From the NCBI GenBank assembly GCA_046154695.1, contig JBJXFI010000313.1:1-56187 (forward strand): 56,187 nucleotides of DNA, in the 5' to 3' direction. The stretch's first letter is position 1; every line of letters begins with the position of its first letter. Shown here in pieces: positions 21,359-36,504 of the stretch. Source of the stretch: Blastocatellia bacterium (lineage in GTDB: Bacteria; Acidobacteriota; Blastocatellia; RBC074). Both the position numbers and the translations under genes were made by a program. The notes beneath the pieces are model-generated. The model saw only the letters and a program-made list of their open reading frames with translations, searched no databases and was not told the origin of the DNA.

Positions 21359-22303
21359 ATGTTCAGAAGGATTCTCCGCTGGATTGCCATCGGGTTGCTC
21401 GCGGCCTTGATTCTCGCTTCGGCGGCATACCTTCGGGATATGAACCGGGCCTATGAGCGAATCCGTGGAAAGAGCACGGTCATCTCTTCGTCCTATGGGA
21501 ATATCGAGTACAGCGAAGGCGGGGCAGGCCCTCCCGTTCTGGTGATCCATGGAAGCGGCGGCGGTTTCGATCAGGGCGAGCTCCTGGCGCAGGCGGTGCT
21601 GGGGGAACAATTCCGCTGGATTACGCCTTCGCGCTTCGGCTATCTGCGCTCGACCTTCCGCGAGGGCGCCACGTTTGACGACCAGGCGCATGCTTACGCG
21701 TATTTGCTCGACCATCTGGGCGTCGAAAAAGTCGCGGTCGTCGCCCTGTCTCATGGCGGCCCATCGGCGCTCCTTTTCGCCGTATTGCACCCCGAACGGG
21801 TATCCTCGCTGACCCTCATTTCCTGCGGTGTCGCCTCCTCATCCGCGCAAGACCAGGCGCATGCGAATCAGAAAGGCGAAAGGCTGGTGGCGATCTTCAA
21901 GTATGACCCGCTTTACTGGGGCGTCAGCAGGCTGTTCAGGAAGCAATTAATGGAGTTGATGGGAGCCAGCGACGAGGTGATCGCCGGTCTTACGCCCGAA
22001 CAGCAGAGCCTGGTCGACCGGATGATTGATTACATGAATCCGGTCGCGCCGCGATCCGCCGGCGCGGCGTTTGACAACAAAGCAGCGATGCCGAATGAGC
22101 GGATTGCCGCGGTTCGCGCTCCGACCATGATCTTCCACGCCACGGACGATATGCTGCAGCTCTACCACAATGCCGAGTTCGCCGCCGCCGCCATTCCGGG
22201 AGCAAGGTTGAACAAATTCGAGAGAGGGGGCCATCTGCTGATGGCCGTCGAGCAGGCGCCTATCCGCACCGCCGCCCGGAAGTTCATCCTCGACCACGAT
22301 TAG
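21359..22303 (+). CDS. Alpha/beta hydrolase with an N-terminal membrane anchor
   Basis: LVIHGSGGG oxyanion motif, ALSHGG nucleophile elbow, ATDD and GGHL. Confidence 0.88.
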   Translation: MFRRILRWIAIGLLAALILASAAYLRDMNRAYERIRGKSTVISSSYGNIEYSEGGAGPPVLVIHGSGGGFDQGELLAQAVLGEQFRWITPSRFGYLRSTFREGATFDDQAHAYAYLLDHLGVEKVAVVALSHGGPSALLFAVLHPERVSSLTLISCGVASSSAQDQAHANQKGERLVAIFKYDPLYWGVSRLFRKQLMELMGASDEVIAGLTPEQQSLVDRMIDYMNPVAPRSAGAAFDNKAAMPNERIAAVRAPTMIFHATDDMLQLYHNAEFAAAAIPGARLNKFERGGHLLMAVEQAPIRTAARKFILDHD

Positions 22304-22361
22304 GCCGAAGCAGGGCAGCGAATGCCAGTGCGCCCCAATGGAACAATGTGCTATCGCGGCG

Positions 22362-23297
22362 CTACCAATCCCGCAGCCCCAATAATTTCTCTCCCAGCTC
22401 CGTCAACCGTGCGCGGGCATATCTCGTTTGCTCCCAGTGACGGGGATCGCCGGGGAACGCATAGCCTTCCGGAGCAACGCGGTCGCGCCAGGATGTCACG
22501 CGCCACGCGCGCAGTTCGGCATTCTGTTCCCGCGCCGGCATCATCGAAATGTACTGCGCCATTCGCGGCCGATCCGAGCGATTCGGGCGAATCCCGTGCG
22601 GCAGGAGGCTGTTCCATATCAACAGGTCGCCGGCGCGCGCGGGAACTTTGACGATGTCGAAACCCGTGATATCCGGCTGATAGGGGTCGCGGTCGGCGGG
22701 TTGGGTTCGCACCCACTCCGCAAACGCGCGATACAGGTCCGGCACGCATTGAAAGCCGCCCATCTCGACCGTGGCCTCGTTGAGCGCCAATACGCCCTGC
22801 ACATTGGCGGGAATCGGCTCGACGCTCGTGTCAATATCCCAATGAATAAAGCCGGGAAATTCGCCGGGCGCGCGATTCGGCGGATTCAAATTCGCGCGAT
22901 CGATGGCGACCCACAGTTTTTCCGCGCCCCAAATATCCACGAAGGCGTTGTAGACCCGCGGATGCTGGCGGTTATTCCAGAGCGCCTGATGATTGTACAC
23001 TTCGACCATTCCGCTGCCGCGCAGCTCGACCATCTCCATCGGGTGCGCCGGGTTGTTGTGCCACGTCGTCGGATCGCCGGGATCCATCTCCTGAAACTCC
23101 CACAACAATTGGATCACGGCGGCAAGGTTTTCCGGCGGCACGGCGTTCGGCACAATCACATAGCCATTGGTTTGCCAGAATTGCCAGTCGTCCTCGCTCA
23201 ACACGCGCAGCGGCGCGCGATCGGGACGCGAATTGAAGCGCGGCTCATCGCCGGGCGTGAACTTGAGATCGCTGTTTTTGATCTTCTGATGAACCAT
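22362..23297 (-). CDS. Phytanoyl-CoA dioxygenase family protein
   Basis: FWQTNGYVIV, IHWD (HxD), VQGVLAL, GDLLIWNSLLPHG. Start at ATG 23297. Confidence 0.85.
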   Translation of the reverse strand: MVHQKIKNSDLKFTPGDEPRFNSRPDRAPLRVLSEDDWQFWQTNGYVIVPNAVPPENLAAVIQLLWEFQEMDPGDPTTWHNNPAHPMEMVELRGSGMVEVYNHQALWNNRQHPRVYNAFVDIWGAEKLWVAIDRANLNPPNRAPGEFPGFIHWDIDTSVEPIPANVQGVLALNEATVEMGGFQCVPDLYRAFAEWVRTQPADRDPYQPDITGFDIVKVPARAGDLLIWNSLLPHGIRPNRSDRPRMAQYISMMPAREQNAELRAWRVTSWRDRVAPEGYAFPGDPRHWEQTRYARARLTELGEKLLGLRDW

Positions 23298-23488
23298 GAT
23301 TTTTCCTCGCGAAAGCCGCGAGGGCCGCGATTCGGAATCTGCGGCGCATCGCGCCGGACGCGGCCTTCGTTGACGAATTCCGTAGGCGAAACCGCGCCGC
23401 GACATTGCGGCGGACGAGGATTTCGCCTATATCTCTACTCGATTTCCCACTGATTCGCGGGCAAACATTCATGCGGGGAGGGATTGTT

Positions 23489-24646
23489 ATGGAACGCCGG
23501 GACTTCGTCAAACTGCTGGCTTCGACGCCGCTGGTGAATCGTGATGACGCGCTGGATTGGAAGAAGCGCGCCATCCCGAAACATAAGATCGCCACGCACC
23601 ACAAAAGCGCGGCGGACGCGCTCGGCATGCCCGGCCCGTATCCGGGACAAGTCGTTTCCGTCAAATCGGAGGGAGTCCTGAGCGCGGACGGGAAAGAGAT
23701 CGACGCCGGCATCGTGCGCGAAATGATGGAGCGCGGAATGCGCGCGTTGACAAAGCAGCGGCACACCCTTGATGCGTGGCGGCAGTTCATTCGCCCGGAG
23801 GACATCGTCGGCATCAAGGTCAACGTCGTCGGGCGTCCGTGGTGCGTCTCTTCCCATGCCGTCGTGGCCGAGACGGTGCGCGGCGTGATGGCGGCCGGCG
23901 TGAAGCCGGAGCGGATTTACATCTTCGACCGCTTCCGCGATCAGTTGGACGAAGCGAATTACCGGCCGCACGTGCCGGAAGGCGTCAACTTCCACGCTTC
24001 AGAGCCGGCCAACAACGGCGAAAGCAGCCCGCACTATGACCCGCGCGTTTACCTGGAGGCCGATTTGTTTGGCGAGGACAACACGCGGTCGAATTTGATG
24101 ACGCTGATCTCGCAGCGTCTGACCAAAATCATCAGCATTCCCAATGTGAAGGATCACGGCGCGACGGGTGTGACCGGCTGTTTGAAGAACATCGCGTATG
24201 GCGGCTTTTCCAACGTCGCGCGCACGCATCAAAACGGCTTGACGCATACCTATTGGTTTGTCGGCACGCTGGCGAACATCGAGCCGGTGCGCTCCAGGAC
24301 GGTGCTGCAAATCATGGATGGCTTGCGCGGCGTGTGGCACGCGGGGCCGGGCGCGCGCACGTTGAAGTATGTGTTCTTCCCGAAGACGTTGATGTTCGGC
24401 ACCGATCCCGTGGCCATCGATCGTTTGCTCCTCGACATCGTGGACGACGAACGCAGGCGGCGCGGCGTGATTTCGGTGTGGAATCGGGACGAGGCAACGC
24501 TCGATTTCAACAACGGCCGGAAACGCGACGAAGACCCGAACACGAACATTATCATCCGCGAACCGGGCCACATTGAGTATGCGGGCAGGCTTGGCCTCGG
24601 CCTGCATGAACCGGACCGGATTCGCGTCGAGCAACTCTCCGTTTGA
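23489..24646 (+). CDS. DUF362 domain protein with a Tat-like signal
   Basis: [10 protein letters not shown]; VGIKVN; [16 protein letters not shown]; DPVAID. Confidence 0.85.
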   Translation: MERRDFVKLLASTPLVNRDDALDWKKRAIPKHKIATHHKSAADALGMPGPYPGQVVSVKSEGVLSADGKEIDAGIVREMMERGMRALTKQRHTLDAWRQFIRPEDIVGIKVNVVGRPWCVSSHAVVAETVRGVMAAGVKPERIYIFDRFRDQLDEANYRPHVPEGVNFHASEPANNGESSPHYDPRVYLEADLFGEDNTRSNLMTLISQRLTKIISIPNVKDHGATGVTGCLKNIAYGGFSNVARTHQNGLTHTYWFVGTLANIEPVRSRTVLQIMDGLRGVWHAGPGARTLKYVFFPKTLMFGTDPVAIDRLLLDIVDDERRRRGVISVWNRDEATLDFNNGRKRDEDPNTNIIIREPGHIEYAGRLGLGLHEPDRIRVEQLSV

Positions 24647-24701
24647 AGCACCGCGTTTAGTATTGCGGCCTGGTTTGAAGCCAACTTTTCAGGAGGACAC
24701 G

Positions 24702-25988
<1,287 letters not shown>

Positions 25989-26088
25989 CCGCACGCGATG
26001 CCTCCAACACCCGGAAGCTGCCGGCGCGGGAAGACGCGAGATAAACCCAGCTAAGCCTTTTATTTAGCGAATCGAACCAGGAATATAA

Positions 26089-26172
<84 letters not shown>

Positions 26173-26195
26173 AAAATCGAGTTGTCGATCGGCCG

Positions 26196-26600
26196 TTACT
26201 TCCCGGAGGAAGCAGCCGGCGAGGGAGAAGATTTGGCGTCCGCATTCGGGCTTTCCGCCGGGGATGCCGCGGCCGAAGGGCTGGGCAGCGCGGCGGGGAC
26301 GGAAGCGGCCGGACTCGGCGCGGTGGGCGTCGTCGGGGCGGCGCCGCCGTCGCGAACGACAGAGCTGGTTCCGAATCCCGGCAGGGAGAAGAGCAGCGCG
26401 AGCATCATGAAAAGGAGGGCCGCGACGACCGTCGCCTTTTCAAGGGGTTTCTGCGCGCCGCGCGGTCCGAAGGCCGTCTGGCTGCCGGAGCCGCCGAAGG
26501 CGGCGGCGACATCGCCTCCCTTGCCCGACTGGAGCAGAATCACCAGAATCAGGAAGATGCAGACCAGAACAAAAATTGTTTTGAGAATGATGAGTAACAA
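26196..26600 (-). CDS. secG: Preprotein translocase subunit SecG
   Basis: [25 protein letters not shown] motif, two TM helices, position after tpiA. Confidence 0.95.
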   Translation of the reverse strand: MLLIILKTIFVLVCIFLILVILLQSGKGGDVAAAFGGSGSQTAFGPRGAQKPLEKATVVAALLFMMLALLFSLPGFGTSSVVRDGGAAPTTPTAPSPAASVPAALPSPSAAASPAESPNADAKSSPSPAASSGK

Positions 26601-26630
26601 GGTTCTCTTTACCTGCCAGAGTCGATGAGA

Positions 26631-27389
26631 TTATCGGTTATAGCCCACGATGCGCGCGAAGCTGTCGGCTTCGAGACTGGCGCCTCCGACGAGCGCGCCG
26701 TCGATATCGGGCTGGCGCATCAGATCGGAGATGTTGTCGGGCTTCACGCTTCCCCCGTAGAGGATCCGCAGGCCATTCGCGGTCGCGGCATCGAAATGCT
26801 GGTGCAGCCACTGGCGAATGAATGCGTGCATCTGCTGGGCCTGATCGGGGGTCGCGGTGCGTCCGGTGCCGATCGCCCAGACCGGTTCGTAAGCGGCGAT
26901 CATACGCATCAGATCATTGGCTGTCAACTCACGCAAACTCTGTTCCAGTTGCGAGGCGACGACGGCTTCCGCGCGGCCGCCCTCCCGCTCCTCCAGGGTC
27001 TCGCCGATGCACGTGATGGGGGTGAGATTGAAGTGGAGCGCGGCGCGAACCTTGCGATTGACGATCGCATCGGTCTCGCTATAGATCGAGCGGCGCTCGG
27101 AATGGCCGATGATAACGTGCGTGCCGCCGGCGTCGGCGATCATGTCGCCGCTGATCTCGCCGGTGTGGGCGCCGTGTTTGATCTCGGTCGAGAGGTTCTG
27201 GGCCGAGACCCTGATATTCGCGCCTTCCAGGCGATCGGCGACCGGTTTCACCGCCGTGTAGGGCGGCGCGACGACGATCTCGCAGTGATTGGCGTTGGCG
27301 ACCAGCGGTTTGAGCGCGGTGACCATGGCGATCGAGTCGCCGATCGTCTTGAACATCTTCCAGTTGCCGGCAATAACGGGCTTTCGCAT
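26631..27389 (-). CDS. tpiA: Triosephosphate isomerase
   Basis: [37 protein letters not shown]. Confidence 0.99.
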   Translation of the reverse strand: MRKPVIAGNWKMFKTIGDSIAMVTALKPLVANANHCEIVVAPPYTAVKPVADRLEGANIRVSAQNLSTEIKHGAHTGEISGDMIADAGGTHVIIGHSERRSIYSETDAIVNRKVRAALHFNLTPITCIGETLEEREGGRAEAVVASQLEQSLRELTANDLMRMIAAYEPVWAIGTGRTATPDQAQQMHAFIRQWLHQHFDAATANGLRILYGGSVKPDNISDLMRQPDIDGALVGGASLEADSFARIVGYNR

Positions 27390-27418
27390 TCAATTCCTTT
27401 CCGGTTGTCGGTTGATGG

Positions 27419-28615
27419 TTACTTCTCAGTAAGCGCCGCGACGCCGGGCAGGAGATCGCCGGCGAGCAGCTCGAGGGTGGCGCCGCCCCCGGTCGAGATG
27501 TGGGTGATCTTGCCTGCGAGGCCCGATTCGTGGATGGCCGCGACGCTGTCGCCGCCGCCGATGATCGAGGTGGCATCGTTCTTTTCGGAGGCTTCGGCGA
27601 CGGCCTGGGCGACGGCGCGCGTCCCCAGATCGAAGGGGGGCATTTCGAACATCCCCATCGGTCCGTTCCAGATGATGGTTTGGGCCGAGGCGATGATCCC
27701 GGCGTAGGCCTGCCGCGAAGCGGCGCCGATATCGAGCCCCATCGTATCCGCGGGCGTGGCATCGACAGCGACCGTCCTGGCGTTGGCGCCGTCATCGGGA
27801 TTGGCGGCGACGACGTGATCCGTGGGCAGGACAAGGTTGACGCCGCGCTCTTTGGCCATGGTTTCGAGGCTGGCGGCGAGGCCGGTCTTGTCGAGTTCGA
27901 CGAGCGATTTGCCGATCTCGAGGCCGCGGGCCTTGAGAAACGTGTAGGCCATCGCGCCGCCGATCAGAACGGCGTCGGCCGATTTGAGAAGGTTCTCGAT
28001 GACCTGAATCTTGTCGCTGACCTTGGCGCCGCCGAGAATGACGACGAACGGGCGGCGGGGATTGGCGAGCGTGTCGATCAGATAGCGGAGTTCCCGCTCC
28101 ATCAGAAAGCCCGCGGCGGCCCGCGGCACGAACTTCGTCATCCCCTCGGTCGAGGCATGCGCGCGATGGGCCGTGCCGAACGCGTCATTGACGTAGACGT
28201 CGCAAAGGGACGCGAGCTGCCCGGCGAATTTCGGATCGTTGCCCTCCTCTTCCGCATAAAAGCGCAGGTTTTCGAGCAGGGCGATCTCGCCGTCCTTGAG
28301 CGATTCGACGACCTTCGCGGCCTCGCCGCCGATGCAGTCGGGGGCGAAGGCGACCGAACGGCCGAGCACCCGGGCGAGATGCTCGGCCACGGGCCGAAGC
28401 GAATATTTCGAATTGCGGTGCCCCTTGGGCCGCCCAAGGTGCGAGGCGAGGATCACGCGGGCCCCCTTGTCGATCGCGAACTGAATCGTCGGAATCGCGG
28501 CGGTGATGCGCGTATCGTCGGAGACCTTCCCGCCCTCGATGGGCACATTGAAATCGACACGGATGAAAACCTTCTTCCCGGCAAGATCGAGGTCACGAAT
28601 TGAAAGCTTGGGCAT
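27419..28615 (-). CDS. pgk: Phosphoglycerate kinase
   Basis: [53 protein letters not shown]. Confidence 0.99.
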   Translation of the reverse strand: MPKLSIRDLDLAGKKVFIRVDFNVPIEGGKVSDDTRITAAIPTIQFAIDKGARVILASHLGRPKGHRNSKYSLRPVAEHLARVLGRSVAFAPDCIGGEAAKVVESLKDGEIALLENLRFYAEEEGNDPKFAGQLASLCDVYVNDAFGTAHRAHASTEGMTKFVPRAAAGFLMERELRYLIDTLANPRRPFVVILGGAKVSDKIQVIENLLKSADAVLIGGAMAYTFLKARGLEIGKSLVELDKTGLAASLETMAKERGVNLVLPTDHVVAANPDDGANARTVAVDATPADTMGLDIGAASRQAYAGIIASAQTIIWNGPMGMFEMPPFDLGTRAVAQAVAEASEKNDATSIIGGGDSVAAIHESGLAGKITHISTGGGATLELLAGDLLPGVAALTEK

Positions 28616-28710
28616 AGGTATTCTTCAATTTCCTTCACGGAATCAATTTGGCGGTTGATGGAATTGCGCGGCGCGGTGAAGTAAGGTGAAAATTATCATG
28701 ATTTTTTCGG

Positions 28711-29940
28711 ATGGGCAAAAGCGCCACCGGGGGGAATAGAACACGGATGATACGCGTGCGGCCGGAGAAGTGGAAACTTCCACGGAATGTGATCGCGCTG
28801 GGGCTGGTCAGTCTGTTCAATGACGCGAGCAGCGAGATCATCTATCCGCTGCTGCCGTTGTTTCTGATCGGGGCGCTGGGGGCCGGTCCGGCGTTCGTCG
28901 GATTGATCGAGGGAGTGACGGAGAGCGCGTCGAGCCTGTTGAATCTGCCGGCGGGCTGGTTGTCGGATCGCATCCGAAGGCGAAAGGGGCTGGTGCTGTT
29001 CGGCTATGGGCTGGCCTCGCTGGCGCGTCCGGGGCTGGCGATGGCGGGGGCGGCATGGCATGTGATGGGGCTGCGCCTGGTGGATCGAATCGGCAAGGGC
29101 GCGCGGAGCGGGCCGCGGGATGCGCTGATCGCCGATTCCTCGCCCCCGGAAGCGCGCGGGATCGCATTCGGCTTTCATCGCGCGATGGATCATCTGGGAG
29201 CGATCGTGGGAGCCCTGCTCTCGGCGTGGCTGCTCGGCCTCTTCAACGGCGATTTCCGCCGCGTATTCTGGGCGGCGTCGATTCCCGCGCTCATCGCGGT
29301 GTCGATTCTGATCTTCGCGGTGCGGGAGACGCCCATCGAGCCCGCGGCGGAGGCGGCCCGGAAGGCGGTCGATCCCAACCCGCCGATCCGCTTCACGGGA
29401 AACTTCAAAGGATATCTCGCGGCGCTGCTGCTCTTCACGCTCGGGAATTCGAGCGATGCGTTTCTGCTTCTGCGCGCGTGGCAGGCGGGGATCGGCGTGA
29501 CGAGCATCCCGCTGCTTTGGGCGGCGCTGCATTTGAGCAAATCAGTCTTTTCGCTCCTCGGGGGCGGAATGTCGGACCGCCTGGGAAGAAAGAGATTGAT
29601 CGTCAGCGGATGGATTGTGTACGCTGTCATCTATCTGGCATTCGCGGCCGCAAGCACTCCGCCGCACATCTGGGCTCTTTTTTTATGCTACGGAATCTAT
29701 TTCGGCCTGACCGAAGGAGTCGAAAAAGCCTTCGTGGCGGACCTGACCGCGCCGCAAATGCGAGGGTCGGCATTCGGGCTCTACAATCTGATCATCGGCA
29801 TCGGCGCCCTGCCGGCGAGCCTGCTGACAGGGTGGCTGTGGCAGCGATTCGGCGCGGAAACGGCCCTCGGCGCGGGTGCGATCGTGAGTTTGCTGGCCGC
29901 GGCGATGCTGCTTTTCGTTCGGGAGGAGCGGAAGCGTTGA
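28711..29940 (+). CDS. MFS transporter (alternative start 28747)
   Basis: About 12 TM segments; GWLSDRIRRRK and GGMSDRLGRK motif A; DRIGKGAR..RDALIAD. Confidence 0.92.
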   Translation: MGKSATGGNRTRMIRVRPEKWKLPRNVIALGLVSLFNDASSEIIYPLLPLFLIGALGAGPAFVGLIEGVTESASSLLNLPAGWLSDRIRRRKGLVLFGYGLASLARPGLAMAGAAWHVMGLRLVDRIGKGARSGPRDALIADSSPPEARGIAFGFHRAMDHLGAIVGALLSAWLLGLFNGDFRRVFWAASIPALIAVSILIFAVRETPIEPAAEAARKAVDPNPPIRFTGNFKGYLAALLLFTLGNSSDAFLLLRAWQAGIGVTSIPLLWAALHLSKSVFSLLGGGMSDRLGRKRLIVSGWIVYAVIYLAFAAASTPPHIWALFLCYGIYFGLTEGVEKAFVADLTAPQMRGSAFGLYNLIIGIGALPASLLTGWLWQRFGAETALGAGAIVSLLAAAMLLFVREERKR

Positions 29941-30014
29941 TCGGTCTATAAATTCGCCGAGCTGGCGCTCGGCGGTCCCGGGAGCGATCTATTTTTCGAT
30001 TACGCGGGGAAATC

Positions 30015-30875
30015 ATGGTTCGGGCGGGGCTGTTCGCGGCCTTCCTCGTATGTATAGCCGCTTGCCAGTCGCTGGAGGCCACGACGCGGCGGGATGCGAT
30101 TCAGTCGCTGATCGCGAAGGAGAATTTCGCGAGGATCGCGCCCGGCGAGTTCCTGATGGGCTCGCCCCCGGGGCGAAGCGGGGATTGGGCGGAGAGCGAG
30201 AGGCAGGAATCGCCGCAGCACCGTGTCAGTATCACCTGCGAATTCGAAATCGGCCGATATGAAGTGACGCAGCGGCAATGGGAAGGAGTGATGAGTTTGA
30301 ATCCGAGCGCGTTCAAGGGGGCGCACCTCCCCGTGACGAACGTCTCGTGGCGGGATGTGCAGGCGTTTCTCGGGCGCTTGCGGATGCTGGATGCGCGCTA
30401 TTCCTATCGACTGCCGACGGAGGCGGAATGGGAGTACGCATGTCGCGCGGAGAGCGACGGCCATTTTTCCGGCGAGGAGCCACCGGCGAAAAACAAGACC
30501 CCGGCGGGCTCTTCCAAAGCCCTCGCCCCTGAGGAGGAGGAGCGAATGACGAGCAATTTGCGGCGCATGGCATGGTACGAGGCGAACTCGCTCAACCGTC
30601 CGCATGCGGTCGGCCAGTTGCAGGCGAACGGCTGGGGGCTGTTCGATATTCACGGCAATGTATGGGAGTGGGTGCAGGATTGGCACGACATCAATTATTA
30701 TCGGTGGGGTCCCGCGGAGGATCCGCAGGGCCCGGCGAGCGGCCAGAGCAAGGTCCAGCGGGGCGGCGGCTGGCAATCGCCCGCGAAGCAGTGCCGGGCC
30801 GCGGCTCGCGGCTTCCTGCTTCCCGTTGAGCGCAACAACCTGACGGGATTCAGGCTGGTGAGAGTCCGTAGGTGA
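30015..30875 (+). CDS. FGE-sulfatase (SUMF1/EgtB-like) domain protein, possible lipoprotein
   Basis: GEFLMGS, EVTQ, PVTNVSW, RLPTEAEWEYA, GNVWEW, RGG, GFR; IAAC lipobox-like signal. Confidence 0.88.
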   Translation: MVRAGLFAAFLVCIAACQSLEATTRRDAIQSLIAKENFARIAPGEFLMGSPPGRSGDWAESERQESPQHRVSITCEFEIGRYEVTQRQWEGVMSLNPSAFKGAHLPVTNVSWRDVQAFLGRLRMLDARYSYRLPTEAEWEYACRAESDGHFSGEEPPAKNKTPAGSSKALAPEEEERMTSNLRRMAWYEANSLNRPHAVGQLQANGWGLFDIHGNVWEWVQDWHDINYYRWGPAEDPQGPASGQSKVQRGGGWQSPAKQCRAAARGFLLPVERNNLTGFRLVRVRR

Positions 30876-30887
30876 CCTTGCTAATTT

Positions 30888-30967
30888 CTTATGGCGGTTT
30901 TCACTCGCGTGCGACCCGACTCGCCATCGAGAAGAGGATAACGCAGCCAGGGCGCATGCATATGCAA
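30888..30967. repeat. Short copy of the 817-987 intergenic element, lacking the internal hairpin
   Basis: TTTTCACTCGCGTGCGACCCGACTCGCCATCGAGAAGAGGA and CAGGGCGCATGCATATGCAA match the reverse complement of 817-987. Confidence 0.8.
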
Positions 30968-31028
30968 GCGGTTGTAAAGAGCCGTACATCCTTTGAAATC
31001 AATACACGTTCGAACTTGTGCAGTCACA

Positions 31029-31056
31029 GTGGCACAAGCTGTCCAGCTTGTGCCGC
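31029..31056. repeat. REP-like palindrome, third copy
   Basis: GTGGCACAAGCTGTCCAGCTTGTGCCGC, one mismatch to 9834-9861. Confidence 0.75.
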
Positions 31057-31072
31057 TTTTTTTCGAGGGTGA

Positions 31073-33790
31073 GTGATGAATGCAACGAAGAGGCTGCTGG
31101 CACTGCTGCTGTGCGTGCTGCCGGCGGCGATGCCGGCACGCGGCCAATCGGGAGACGGGTTGAGCGGCGTGGTAAAGGACACCACGGGCGGGGCGATGGG
31201 CCAGGCGTCGGTCAACCTGATCAATGCGCGCCAATCGGTGGTGGCGACCACGAGCACGGATGCCGAGGGGCGATTCAGCCTGTCGAATCTCTCCGCGGGA
31301 ACCTATGAATTGCTGGTGACGAGCGGGCGGGGGTTCGCCTCGCAGCGAATGGCCGTGCGGATTCCCGCGCCGGCGCCGGTCGAGATCGTGATGGGGCTCG
31401 AATCCCTGACGGCGGAGGTGACGGTGACGGCGGAGTCGGGCATCGTGCAGTCGCTGGATCAGACGACGCAGCAGGTCAACGTCATCGGCGAGGAGCAGTT
31501 GCGGCAGCGCGCGAAGGCCATGCTGGCGCAGATCGCACAGGAGGAGCCGGGATTGCAGATGCAGCGCACGAGCCCCACGATCGGCGCGATCTTCGTCCGC
31601 GGCCTGACCGGAGCCAAGGTGGTGAACTATGTCGATGGAATTCGATTCTCCAATTCGGCGGCGCGCGGCGGAATCAACAGCTTCTTCAATGTGAACGACG
31701 CGAGCAACCTGCGATCGGTCGAGGTGATCCGCGGCCCGAACAGCGCGCAGTTCGGCAGCGACAGCCTCGGCGGCGCGGTGCAGATGGTGTCGCGCACGCC
31801 GCTCTACACGGCGGATAAATTTGAATTGCACGGCGAATGGAGCAATTCCTACAACAGCGCCGATCACAGCTTCGGCGCCAGCCAGCTTGCAACTTTCGGC
31901 TGGCGCGATCTGGCCGTGATGATCAACGCCTTTGGCCACCGGGGCAATACGGTGCGCCCGGGGGGCGGCTTTGAATCACACTCGGCGGTCAACCGGTTCC
32001 TGGGCCTCAGATCCTCGACGCTGCTCGGCGAGCGCTCGACCGACACGGCATTCACGCGGTATGGCGGGCTCTTCAAACTGAACTACAAGCTGACGGAGAG
32101 CGACCAGCTCTCGGTCTATTACAATCGCGCGCAGATCGACGGCGGCAAGCGGCTGGACCAGACGATCGGCGGCGACGGCAATCTGATCGCGGATCTGCGC
32201 AACTTCATGCTCGACTTCTTCTATGGGCGGTATGAGCGATTCGGGGCGGGCCCATTCGACACGTTCACGGCCTCGTATTCCTACAGCGCACAGCGCGAAG
32301 AGCGCGTCAATCAGGGGGGCAACGGCAATCCGGCGGGCGCGATCACCTCGCAGCCCGAGCGCACGGCGAGCCATGGCGTGCAGTCGCAGGCGGCCAAACA
32401 ATGGTCCCGAAACCATCTGCTGGTCGGCGGAGACATCTATTTCGATCGCGTGCGGACCGACTCCTATTCCCTGAATCCGGTGACGGGTGTCGCGACGGTG
32501 GTGCGCGGGCGGGTGCCGGACAAGGCGGAATACGTCAACGGCGGAGCTTATCTGCAGGACGTGCTGACGGCGATTCCGAATCGGCTGCGGCTGGTCGGGG
32601 CGCTTCGATACGGGCGCGTTTCATACACCTCGCGCGCCGCCAACAGTCCGCTGATCAACGGCGCCGCGCTCTGGCCGAACGACGAGCTGACGGCCGAAGC
32701 GGTGACGCCGCGGGCCGGCGCGGTCTTCACGATCACGGAAGGCTTCAATCTCTCGGCGCAGGCCAGCCGGGGCTTTCGTGCGCCGCACATCACCGATCTG
32801 GGTACGATCGGGCTGACCGGAAACGGCTTCGAGGCCAATGCCGCGGATCTGGCGGGCCGGGGCGCGACAGTCGGATCGTCGGCGAGCCGCGACGCGGTCT
32901 CGACGGGCATCCCCGTCGCGCGGCTTTCCCCCGAGACGAGCTGGACCTATGAAGGCGGCGTGCATCTTCACCGCAGCCGGATCGACATCGACATCAACGG
33001 CTTCGTCAACGACATCAGGGACAACATCGCCGTCCAGGCGTTGATCCTGCCGCAGGGCGCCGTCGGGCTGCAGCTCGGCGATCAGCGCGTCGCATCGCAG
33101 CTCGCGACCGGCGCGGTCTTCGTTCCCGCCTCGACTGCCCCGGTGCTGATTCGCGCGAATTTCGATCAGGCCCGCATCCGGGGGATCGAGCAGAAGTTCG
33201 ACCTGCGCCTGACGAGTCGCCTGACGCTCGGGCAGAACTTCACCTATCTGCGCGCCGCGGACAGGCGAACCGGCCTTCCACCGAACATCGAGGGCGGGAC
33301 GCCCGCGCCGCAGGGCAATCTGCGCGTCCGGTACACCGCGCCGAAAGGCCGTTTCTGGATCGAGCCGTATCTTTACGGCGCGCGCCGGCAGGATCGCCTA
33401 TCGACGCTGGATCTCGAAGACCGCCGCACGGGCGCGACCCGCTCGCGCGGCCAGATCGCCAACTTCTTCACGCGCGGCGCCACGGTCCGCAGCTTCATCG
33501 CGCCCGGCCCCGACGGCCGGCTCGGGACGGCCGATGACCAGCTCAAGGCCACGGGCGAGACGCTCGCCCAGGTCCAGAACCGCGTGCTCGGCGCGGCCGC
33601 GAGCGCGCCGCTCTTCCGCTACATTCCGGGCTTTATGACCTTCGGCGTCCGCGGCGGATTCCGACTCGGAGAACGCCACACCATCTTCTTCGATCTGGAA
33701 AATCTCAACGATAAGAACTATCGCGGCATCAGCTGGGGGATGGACGCGCCGGGGCGCAGCTTCGGCTTCCGGCACAACTACAGATTCTGA
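31073..33790 (+). CDS. TonB-dependent receptor with an N-terminal carboxypeptidase-regulatory-like domain
   Basis: Signal peptide; TDAEGRFSL; VTVTA TonB-box-like segment; plug motif VEVIRGPNSAQFGSDSLGGAV; ENLNDKNY; terminal Phe (NYRF). Confidence 0.93.
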   Translation: MMNATKRLLALLLCVLPAAMPARGQSGDGLSGVVKDTTGGAMGQASVNLINARQSVVATTSTDAEGRFSLSNLSAGTYELLVTSGRGFASQRMAVRIPAPAPVEIVMGLESLTAEVTVTAESGIVQSLDQTTQQVNVIGEEQLRQRAKAMLAQIAQEEPGLQMQRTSPTIGAIFVRGLTGAKVVNYVDGIRFSNSAARGGINSFFNVNDASNLRSVEVIRGPNSAQFGSDSLGGAVQMVSRTPLYTADKFELHGEWSNSYNSADHSFGASQLATFGWRDLAVMINAFGHRGNTVRPGGGFESHSAVNRFLGLRSSTLLGERSTDTAFTRYGGLFKLNYKLTESDQLSVYYNRAQIDGGKRLDQTIGGDGNLIADLRNFMLDFFYGRYERFGAGPFDTFTASYSYSAQREERVNQGGNGNPAGAITSQPERTASHGVQSQAAKQWSRNHLLVGGDIYFDRVRTDSYSLNPVTGVATVVRGRVPDKAEYVNGGAYLQDVLTAIPNRLRLVGALRYGRVSYTSRAANSPLINGAALWPNDELTAEAVTPRAGAVFTITEGFNLSAQASRGFRAPHITDLGTIGLTGNGFEANAADLAGRGATVGSSASRDAVSTGIPVARLSPETSWTYEGGVHLHRSRIDIDINGFVNDIRDNIAVQALILPQGAVGLQLGDQRVASQLATGAVFVPASTAPVLIRANFDQARIRGIEQKFDLRLTSRLTLGQNFTYLRAADRRTGLPPNIEGGTPAPQGNLRVRYTAPKGRFWIEPYLYGARRQDRLSTLDLEDRRTGATRSRGQIANFFTRGATVRSFIAPGPDGRLGTADDQLKATGETLAQVQNRVLGAAASAPLFRYIPGFMTFGVRGGFRLGERHTIFFDLENLNDKNYRGISWGMDAPGRSFGFRHNYRF

Positions 33791-33815
33791 CCCACGGAAG
33801 CAATGAAAATCGTTT

Positions 33816-33876
33816 GGAGTTCCGCCTTCAGGCGGTCAGTCTCAGGGAGAACCCGACCTCCTGAAGGCGAAGCTCC
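33816..33876. repeat. Inverted REP-like doublet between convergent genes
   Basis: GGAGTTCCGCCTTCAGGCGG (33816-33835) and CCTCCTGAAGGCGAAGCTCC (33857-33876), 17/20 complementary. Confidence 0.6.
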
Positions 33877-33882
33877 GTGCCT

Positions 33883-36495
<2,613 letters not shown>

Positions 36496-36504
36496 TTCAT
36501 CCTC

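Noticed and set aside
30015-30875. True formylglycine-generating enzyme for the sulfatase
   Set aside because: Lacks the catalytic RGGSxxCxxxxC cysteine pair (reads RGGGWQSPAKQC); only the fold is supported.
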